A DNA stretch of 5,760 nt from a virus. Position 1 is the first letter of the stretch; every line of letters starts with the position of its first letter. Below are positions 1 through 4,950 of the stretch, one piece after another. The position numbers were made by a program, and so were the translations under genes. The DNA is taken from IMG/VR virus record IMGVR_UViG_3300045988_116360, positions 1 through 5,760 of that record; one strand, written 5' to 3'. The notes beneath the pieces were generated by a model, which worked only from the letters and a program-made list of their open reading frames with translations, searched no databases and was not told the DNA's origin.

Positions 1-119
1 AGTATTGCGAGGATATTATAACGCAAGGTTTTTGTGTTGTTAATGGGCAAAAATTTAAAATTCCTGATTATTATCTTAAACTTTTTGAACGTAAAAATCC
101 TGTTTGGTGTCAAATTTAT
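1..119. repeat. Terminal direct repeat: 1-119 is identical to 5642-5760. This is the overlap of a circular 5641-bp genome that was linearised with redundancy.
   Basis: Aligned base by base: c111 matches c5752 and t119 matches t5760, an offset of exactly 5641. The reading frame of the Rep ORF continues across the junction. Confidence 0.95.
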
Positions 120-239
120 AAAGAACAAAGACGCGCTAACGCTTCATCTGACGTTGATATATATAGACTACAAGCCAAAGAAAAAATCATGATGAAAAAG
201 CAGGAACGTTTTACTCGAGAACTGGATAATTTAGGCTGA
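1..239 (+). CDS. VP4: Replication initiation protein (rolling-circle HUH endonuclease, gokushovirus VP4 / phiX gpA-like), C-terminal part. It continues from 4951..5760 across the circular junction. The first full codon starts at nt 3 and the TGA stop is at 237-239. The joined protein is 309 aa.
   Basis: Nt 3-239 translate without a stop (YCEDIITQGFCVVNGQKFKIPDYYLKLF...RELDNLG*). They are in frame with 4951..5760 through the 5641-bp periodicity. Confidence 0.9.
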   Translation, partial: YCEDIITQGFCVVNGQKFKIPDYYLKLFERKNPVWCQIYKEQRRANASSDVDIYRLQAKEKIMMKKQERFTRELDNLG

Positions 240-292
240 AAAAGTTGCAAAAAGTTGTTGACAGTTGTTATAAGTTGTGGTATAATAATATC
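239..292 (+). promoter_or_regulatory. Near-consensus sigma70 promoter: TTGACA (258-263), 17-bp spacer, TATAAT (281-286). Two phased A5 tracts (239-243, 249-253) lie upstream. Four 10-bp phased repeats AAAGTTGYYN (241-280) overlap the -35 and spacer.
   Basis: Read directly: aaaGTTGCAa / aaaGTTGTTg / acaGTTGTTa / taaGTTGTGg at 241, 251, 261, 271. TTGACA-N17-TATAAT is exact. The A-tracts sit in UP-element position. Confidence 0.75.
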
Positions 293-311
293 AGAAAGTG
301 AGGTAATGATT

Positions 312-671
312 ATGTTAAAAGATTATTTTGATTCTGCTATTTCTCCCGAACGTCTTAAGGTTGTTCATAATCTGCTTGATAGAGTTCCGCGTTGGCAGAT
401 TTTTGATTCTTATGGTCAAGCGCGTTCTTATCGTGCTCTGAATGACTTTAAACGCGAGGATACTGGTTATGATTATTCTATCTTTTTGTATGACGGTTTT
501 TACTATGTTATCCCTAAGGAGTATCGCCGCACTATTATTAATGAGATTGCTTTTGCTCGTCGCTCTGATGATTTTGATGATTTTTACGCTAGATTTGATA
601 AGCTTTACAGTATGAATTTGCATTCTTACTTTATCTCTAATCCTGCTGACCGTCTTATTCCTGTTAAATAG
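312..671 (+). CDS. Hypothetical 119-aa protein with no recognisable family. It is the cargo of an autonomous promoter-ORF-terminator cassette (moron-like) between Rep and VP5. About 19% of residues are aromatic and Asp/Arg are abundant.
   Basis: ATG 312 follows a GAGGT RBS (300-304) by 7 nt. T-rich third-position codon usage matches the other phage genes. The track start at 255 (TTG) is actually the promoter -35 region. ATG 306 is in frame but too close to the RBS. Confidence 0.7.
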   Translation: MLKDYFDSAISPERLKVVHNLLDRVPRWQIFDSYGQARSYRALNDFKREDTGYDYSIFLYDGFYYVIPKEYRRTIINEIAFARRSDDFDDFYARFDKLYSMNLHSYFISNPADRLIPVK

Positions 672-676
672 TTTAT

Positions 677-698
677 AGGCCGCTTCGACGGCCTTTTT
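677..698 (+). terminator. Rho-independent terminator: a 6-bp GC stem AGGCCG/CGGCCT (677-682 / 689-694), loop cttcga, then a T5 run (694-698). It sits just downstream of the 312..671 ORF.
   Basis: ataGGCCGcttcgaCGGCCTTTTTagg read directly. It lies between the stop at 669-671 and the VP5 RBS at 699-704. Confidence 0.7.
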
Positions 699-711
699 AG
701 GAGGTTTTATT

Positions 712-978
712 ATGAAAATGTACTGTATTTACGACCGGAAAGGCGAATTAATGAATCCGCCGTTTACTCAGGCTAATAATGCAATGGCGATTCGCCAGTT
801 CCAGTTGATGGCTAATCAGCCGTCCAGTCCTGAGCGCTCTAACATTATCCATGATTACGCTTCGGATTTCGCACTTTACTATCTCGGTGAATTCGATGAT
901 AAGTCTTGCGCTTTTAAGCCTGAGTGGCCTACCGTCTTGCTCGCCAATGCCGATGAACTCTTGACATCTGCTGAATAG
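712..978 (+). CDS. VP5: Gokushovirus VP5-like non-structural protein (ssDNA synthesis / DNA packaging accessory), 88 aa.
   Basis: AGGAGG RBS (699-704) lies 7 nt before ATG 712. MKMYCIYDRKGELMNPPF...AIRQF...DFALYYLGEFDDKS matches, as I remember it, the conserved VP5 pattern MKxFxIxD...PF...A.R.F...DF.L..LG.FDD. A double stop TAGTAG follows. Confidence 0.72.
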   Translation: MKMYCIYDRKGELMNPPFTQANNAMAIRQFQLMANQPSSPERSNIIHDYASDFALYYLGEFDDKSCAFKPEWPTVLLANADELLTSAE

Positions 979-989
979 TAGCGTAAAAT
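961..989 (+). promoter_or_regulatory. Candidate sigma70 promoter TTGACA (961-966) -N17- TAAAAT (984-989). It overlaps the 3' end of VP5 and reads toward VP3/VP1/VP2.
   Basis: Exact -35 consensus, 17-bp spacer, and 5 of 6 at the -10. Confidence 0.5.
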
Positions 990-1002
990 CAGAACAAATA
1001 AC

Positions 1003-1031
1003 TTGCCTTGCTTTCTTTGTTGTGATATAAT
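1003..1031 (+). promoter_or_regulatory. Candidate extended -10 promoter: TTGCCT (1003-1008) -N17- TGaTATAAT (1023-1031). An 8-bp inverted repeat AACTTGCC/GGCAAGTT (1000-1007 / 1039-1046) brackets it.
   Basis: TGnTATAAT is an exact extended -10. The -35 matches 4 of 6. Inverted repeat read directly. Confidence 0.5.
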
Positions 1032-1066
1032 CAATTTAGGCAAGTTGTGTTTATCACGACTCATTT

Positions 1067-1104
1067 AAGGCTTTGCACGTTATGTGTGAGGCCTTTTTTG
1101 TTTT
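1067..1104 (+). terminator. Possible leaky terminator or attenuator in the VP3 leader. An imperfect 13-bp RNA hairpin (1067-1095, with G.U pairs) is followed by TTTTTTGTTTT (1094-1104).
   Basis: aaggctttgcacg tta tgtgtgaggcctt followed by ttttttgtttt. It lies downstream of both candidate promoters. Together with the promoter at 1003-1031 it would define a ~65-nt transcript. Confidence 0.35.
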
Positions 1105-1218
1105 CGACGCGGCGACTTAAACGACTGCTACGCCAGTCTTTCGCTCACATCTATCTATTGCAGTCGTTTGACAAGCCGTGTCTGCCGCCTGCAAGGCACG
1201 TAGAAAGGAGTTATACCT

Positions 1219-1662
1219 ATGGCAAAATTTTTTACTCTTTACAATCAAAATCCTCCAAAGGACGGAGTTGTATTTGATGCGCCCTCACTTACAGACCAAA
1301 CTTTTAAGGACGAGTGTGATATTCATCACATTATCGACAATTTTGGCCAAACAGGACTTGTGGACAGCATCGGAAGCCGTGACCCGGCTACTTTACAATA
1401 CGGCGATACTACTTTGCTACCTGATTACGAAACCGCTTGTAATCTTGTCGCTAATGTAACCGCTGAATTTGGCGAATTGCCTTCCAAAGTCCGCGCTGAA
1501 TTTAATAACGACCCGCGTTTTCTTCTCGAAGCTCTCGGCAGCACTGAGCCTAGCGTTATCAGCCGTCTTGAAGAGCTTGGATTAAAGCCTAAATCTGATC
1601 AGCCTGACGTGCCGCCTACCACAAATCCCCAAAATTCACCACAACAACCCGAAACCAAATAG
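1219..1662 (+). CDS. VP3: Internal scaffolding protein (gokushovirus VP3), 147 aa, with a Pro/Gln-rich C-terminal tail.
   Basis: AAGGAG RBS (1205-1210) lies 8 nt before ATG 1219. The motif SLTDQTFKDECDIHHII matches the conserved gokushovirus VP3 signature (..KQSFKDECDIN.I..) as I recall it. Confidence 0.82.
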   Translation: MAKFFTLYNQNPPKDGVVFDAPSLTDQTFKDECDIHHIIDNFGQTGLVDSIGSRDPATLQYGDTTLLPDYETACNLVANVTAEFGELPSKVRAEFNNDPRFLLEALGSTEPSVISRLEELGLKPKSDQPDVPPTTNPQNSPQQPETK

Positions 1663-1779
1663 TTAGCTAGTGAACGTCTCTCTTTGGTATGTTCTTCGAT
1701 GGTATGGCTCTGTGAAAAGGCCTAAAGCTTGCTAAATTAGTCTAGCTAAAAACATTTTATAGTATAGGTTAAAATACTA

Positions 1780-1826
1780 GTCACCTGTACCAGTTACCGT
1801 ACTTGATAGTAACTGGTACAGGTGAC
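1780..1826. repeat. Perfect 18-bp inverted repeat forming a hairpin: GTCACCTGTACCAGTTAC (1780-1797), loop cgtACTTGATA (1798-1808), GTAACTGGTACAGGTGAC (1809-1826). It lies in the 283-nt VP3-VP1 intergenic region and is a candidate replication origin.
   Basis: The right arm is the exact reverse complement of the left arm. The loop contains ACTTGATA followed by gTAAC, compared with the phiX174 ori CAACTTGATATTAATAAC. Confidence 0.8.
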
Positions 1827-1840
1827 ACAAAATCTCATCT

Positions 1841-1857
1841 CCGTTGATATAGAACGG
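1841..1857. repeat. Small hairpin: CCGTT (1841-1845), loop GATATAG, AACGG (1853-1857). The stem/loop junction reads cGTTGATAT.
   Basis: Read directly. It contains TTGATAT, the centre of the phiX gpA cleavage sequence CTTG^ATAT. Confidence 0.55.
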
Positions 1858-1954
1858 TTTCCATTAAAATTTATTAAGTTGAGATTTCTAGTAAATAGTT
1901 ACGCATCTGCGGCTATTTACCCGTTTATTTATTTTTAAAAGTGAGGTGTTTTAT

Positions 1955-3712
1955 ATGGCCAAAAATATACGCGTCAATCAAAGTCATTTCGCGCTTTTGC
2001 CGCAGGCTAATATCAAGCGCTCGGTATTTGACCGTTCATTCGTCTATAAAACGACTTTTGACGAAGGTAAGTTAATTCCCTACTTTGTCGATGAAGTTTT
2101 GCCCGGCGATACTTTTACATTGAATCCGGTCGAGTTTTGTCGTTTGTCTACGCCGGTAGTGCCATTTATGGATAATTTGTATATTGAATCATTTTTCTTC
2201 TTTGTCCCTTGTCGTCTTGTATGGGACAACTGGGTACGAATGTGTGGCGAACAAGAAAATCCCGAGGACAGCACAGATTTTATTGTTCCGACAATTTCTT
2301 ATGACGGTAACACTCCTGCTTCTCTTTTTGATTATTTTGGCCTTGGTTCTAAGAGCTTCGGTTCTGCTGCTGTTTCTCAGATGAATGTTAATGCTCTTCC
2401 ATTTCGCGCTTATTGGCTCGTTTGGAATGAGTGGTTTCGTGACGAAAATCTGCAGAAGTCTGTTAAAGTTTCTAAAGGTGATACTAACTCGGTCGTTGAA
2501 GCTATGGGTAGCGGCACTGTTAACCCTAATTACGGTTTTCCTGACGGCGTTACTCGTTGGTATCAATGTGCTCCGCGTGGTAAACGCCACGATTATTTCA
2601 CATCCTGCTTGCCTTGGCCGCAAAAAGGCCCAGCCGTTGATTTGCCATTAGGGCAAACTGCTGATATTGTCTCGACTGGCGAGCCTTTTACTTTGAAATG
2701 GTCTGGTGGTCAACAGGATATTCATGGCGGGGGTGCTCATTACGTTTGGTCTTCTTCTGAGGATACATATCTTACTCCATCTTATTACAAAACTGTTGCT
2801 AATCAGCCTTCTAGTGCTTCTCCTCCTTCTACTGCTGTTACTGATTCTTTAACTTCTTCAACTGGTTCTCGTACTAATGGTTCTGATGTCACTTATAAGT
2901 CTAATGTAGCTTCCTTCGGTTCCGTAACTGGTTTGCAGGCTAATCTTTCTTCTGCTACATCTATAACTATTAACTCTCTGCGTCAAGCCTTTATGCTCCA
3001 GCGTTATTACGAGATTGATGCGCGCGGCGGTACCCGTTATACGGAAAAATTGCAGGCTCACTTTGGCGTAACTAATCCTGATGCACGTTTGCAGCGTCCT
3101 GAGTTCTTAGGCTCTCACAGCGCTATGATGAGCATTAATCCTATTGCTCAGACTTCTAGCACTAACGATACTAGTCCGCAAGGCAACTTGGCTGCCTATG
3201 GCGTTCATGGTCAGCGTTATCATGCTTTCACAAAATCCTTTAGCGAATTTGGTTACGTTATTGGCTTAATTAACGTTCGTGCTGACCTTACGTATCAGCA
3301 AGGCATACATCGTATGTGGACGCGTTCTGACATGTTTGACTTCTATTGGCCATCCTTTGCCCATCTTGGAGAGCAGGTTGTACTTAATAAAGAGATTTAC
3401 GCTCAGGGTACTGCTGATGATGACAAAGTTTTTGGCTATCAGGAGCGTTATGCTGAGTATCGTTATAAGCCGTCTCTGATTACTGGTCAGTTCCGTAGCA
3501 CTTATAAAGAGACTTTGGATGTTTGGCACTTAAGCCAAAAATTTGATTCTTTGCCCACTTTATCTGACCAATTTATTCAAGACCATCCGCCTATCAGTCG
3601 TGTCGTTGCTGTTCCGACTTATCCGCATTTTCTCTTAGATGTTAAGTTTAATTTAAAATGTATCAGGCCTATGCCCATGTTTGGCACGCCCGGTATGATG
3701 GGTCATTTTTGA
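1955..3712 (+). CDS. VP1: Major capsid protein (gokushovirus VP1 / phiX F-like jelly-roll), 585 aa from ATG 1955. An in-frame GTG at 1946 would give 588 aa. It contains a Ser/Thr-rich low-complexity insertion at about nt 2746-2985.
   Basis: GAGGTG RBS (1943-1948) lies 6 nt before ATG 1955. The size and conserved block INSLRQAFMLQRYYEIDARGGTRYTEKLQAHFGV are typical of microvirus major capsid proteins. This is the largest ORF, as expected for VP1. Confidence 0.93.
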   Translation: MAKNIRVNQSHFALLPQANIKRSVFDRSFVYKTTFDEGKLIPYFVDEVLPGDTFTLNPVEFCRLSTPVVPFMDNLYIESFFFFVPCRLVWDNWVRMCGEQENPEDSTDFIVPTISYDGNTPASLFDYFGLGSKSFGSAAVSQMNVNALPFRAYWLVWNEWFRDENLQKSVKVSKGDTNSVVEAMGSGTVNPNYGFPDGVTRWYQCAPRGKRHDYFTSCLPWPQKGPAVDLPLGQTADIVSTGEPFTLKWSGGQQDIHGGGAHYVWSSSEDTYLTPSYYKTVANQPSSASPPSTAVTDSLTSSTGSRTNGSDVTYKSNVASFGSVTGLQANLSSATSITINSLRQAFMLQRYYEIDARGGTRYTEKLQAHFGVTNPDARLQRPEFLGSHSAMMSINPIAQTSSTNDTSPQGNLAAYGVHGQRYHAFTKSFSEFGYVIGLINVRADLTYQQGIHRMWTRSDMFDFYWPSFAHLGEQVVLNKEIYAQGTADDDKVFGYQERYAEYRYKPSLITGQFRSTYKETLDVWHLSQKFDSLPTLSDQFIQDHPPISRVVAVPTYPHFLLDVKFNLKCIRPMPMFGTPGMMGHF

Positions 3713-3727
3713 GCGAGGTGATTTTTT

Positions 3728-4504
3728 ATGGGACTTGGTTGGCTTGGTTCTGCCGTTGGCGGTCTCATTGGCGGCTCACTCTCTAATTCCGCATCTCGTC
3801 ATGCGATGGATAGTCAGATTGCTACTAATCGTTATGATTATCAGCATCGTTATCAATGGGCGATGCAGGATATGCAAAAAGCTGGCCTTAATCCTATTCT
3901 TGCAGCTACGCAAGGTATTGCCGGCACTGTTAATGGTGCTTCCGCCCTCGGCGCGTCTTATAATTCTATTGGCGGCGATTTAGCTGCAGGAGCTGGAGCT
4001 GATGCGGCTTCTAATTCTGCTAAAGCGCAGCAAAAGCACGCTGATGTAGCTGATAAATTGTCCTTTGGCCAAATAAAGCAGATGGATAGTCAAATTGCTC
4101 TTAATGCTTCATCTGCTAAAAAGCTTGATGAGGACACATTAAGTACTCATTTGGCTAATCGTCTTTTTAACGATAGTTATAATTATCAGCTCGATATTTA
4201 CCGGCAAAATCTTGAGAATTCTAAAAAGCAAGGCGCTTATATTGATTCGCAGATTGCTAATAATCAGTTTATGCGTGATGTTGTAATGCCTGCTCAGGCT
4301 TTTAGCTACACTGCCCAAGGCAATGCTTCCAATTCTGCCGCTGATTATAACGGTAAATTAGGTCTTTTGGCTGATAGAGATTATGAGTACAAAGGTTATA
4401 GAAATAAGGATTATGGTACTTATGGTAACGCTGATGATGGCGGTTTATTTTCTACTCTTGGCCGTTATGGCTCGCGTTTGGTCAATAGTATTTTTGGTAA
4501 TTAA
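3728..4504 (+). CDS. VP2: Minor capsid / DNA pilot protein (gokushovirus VP2, phiX H analogue), 258 aa. The N-terminus is Gly-rich and there are three internal [MI]DSQIAxN repeats.
   Basis: GAGGTG RBS (3715-3720) lies 7 nt before ATG 3728. MGLGWLGSAVGGLIGG and the motif QKAGLNPILAA resemble remembered VP2/H pilot proteins. The position directly after VP1 fits. Confidence 0.8.
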   Translation: MGLGWLGSAVGGLIGGSLSNSASRHAMDSQIATNRYDYQHRYQWAMQDMQKAGLNPILAATQGIAGTVNGASALGASYNSIGGDLAAGAGADAASNSAKAQQKHADVADKLSFGQIKQMDSQIALNASSAKKLDEDTLSTHLANRLFNDSYNYQLDIYRQNLENSKKQGAYIDSQIANNQFMRDVVMPAQAFSYTAQGNASNSAADYNGKLGLLADRDYEYKGYRNKDYGTYGNADDGGLFSTLGRYGSRLVNSIFGN

Positions 4505-4519
4505 TAAGGAGTTGATTTT

Positions 4520-4783
4520 ATGTCTAACAAAACTACTGCTATTCTTACTTTCCTCGTCTCTACTGTTATCCCTTTTATCCAAGAGGTAGTCGATTTTATT
4601 TCTATGTTTCGGACTGGGACTTATGACAAATCAGGCTCGGATAGCTTGCGCTCTATCAGCCTTGCTATGCAAGACGACCTTGTCAATATGCAAAAAAGAG
4701 AGGTAAAAACTGAAGATTCCTTTCGCTCCGTTGCAAGTACGGAAGAAAAACCATACTCCAGATTTTTGGGAAAAACTCATTAA
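4520..4783 (+). CDS. Hypothetical 87-aa protein with a single N-terminal transmembrane helix (TTAILTFLVSTVIPFI, with an internal Pro) and a hydrophilic, acidic C-terminal domain. Candidate membrane, lysis or exclusion protein.
   Basis: Strong AAGGAG RBS (4506-4511) lies 8 nt before ATG 4520. Codon usage matches the phage. Without it there would be a 318-nt non-coding gap in an otherwise compact genome. Confidence 0.55.
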   Translation: MSNKTTAILTFLVSTVIPFIQEVVDFISMFRTGTYDKSGSDSLRSISLAMQDDLVNMQKREVKTEDSFRSVASTEEKPYSRFLGKTH

Positions 4784-4822
4784 TATTTTAACTCTCGGCC
4801 TTGCTTATAGGAGGTTAAAAAA

Positions 4823-4936
4823 ATGAAACGTCGACCTATCAGCCGTGGAAAGAGTAAGCGTAATTTTCGCAATCATTCTATTCCGCGTCCAGCAAATCTC
4901 AAAGCCCGCAATATGCGTGGCGGCATTAGAATGTAA
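4823..4936 (+). CDS. VP8: Small, highly basic (13 of 37 residues are Arg/Lys) DNA-binding/packaging protein. Analogue of gokushovirus VP8 or phiX J.
   Basis: TAGGAGGT RBS (4808-4815) lies 7 nt before ATG 4823. It translates to MKRRPISRGKSKRNFRNHSIPRPANLKARNMRGGIRM. The ORF track missed it because it is short. Confidence 0.6.
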   Translation: MKRRPISRGKSKRNFRNHSIPRPANLKARNMRGGIRM

Positions 4937-4950
4937 AGGAACGTGATAAC

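Noticed and set aside
255-311. Track ORF start at TTG 255, which would extend the 312..671 ORF by 19 codons
   Set aside because: Nt 255-286 are the TTGACA-N17-TATAAT promoter itself. The RBS GAGGT (300-304) is placed for ATG 312. No transcript would cover an upstream start.
315-623. Minus-strand ORFs (315..623, 879..1064, 2080..2274, 2189..2623, 2858..3061, 3266..3529, 4960..5163, 5416..5754)
   Set aside because: They lie antisense to well-supported + strand genes. Microviridae transcribe only one strand. They have no RBS and poor composition, and are by-products of the AT-rich antisense sequence.
1047-1459. ORFs 1047..1277 and 1178..1459 spanning the VP5-VP3 intergenic leader
   Set aside because: They start with GTG/ATG without an RBS and overlap VP3 out of frame. 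Their Arg/Leu/Cys-rich composition is unlike the phage proteins. The region is better explained as promoters and a structured leader.
1746-1775. Possible dif-like 28-mer in the VP3-VP1 intergenic region (cattttatagtataggttaaaat)
   Set aside because: It matches only 8/11 of the XerD arm, 3/6 of the central region and 3/11 of the XerC arm. That is indistinguishable from chance in AT-rich DNA.
1909-1933. Weak stem (cgg...ccg) followed by a T-rich run just upstream of the VP1 RBS, as a possible terminator
   Set aside because: The stem is only 3-4 bp and the T-run is interrupted by A's, so support for a terminator is not enough.
2184-2651. Hydrophobic + strand ORFs in alternative frames inside VP1, VP2 and the 87-aa ORF (2184..2384, 2385..2651, 3279..3479, 3735..3983, 4383..4589). 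These could in principle be E-like embedded lysis genes.
   Set aside because: There is no RBS at the correct spacing. Their hydrophobicity follows from the strong T-rich third-position codon bias, which puts T at the second position in the +1 frame and so gives Leu/Phe/Ile/Val. Most rely on TTG starts. An embedded E-like gene cannot be fully excluded without testing.
812-2806. Shared gctaatcagcc 11-mer encoding ANQPSS in both VP5 (812-822) and VP1 (about 2796-2806)
   Set aside because: It is short and lies in different protein contexts. It is most likely coincidence.
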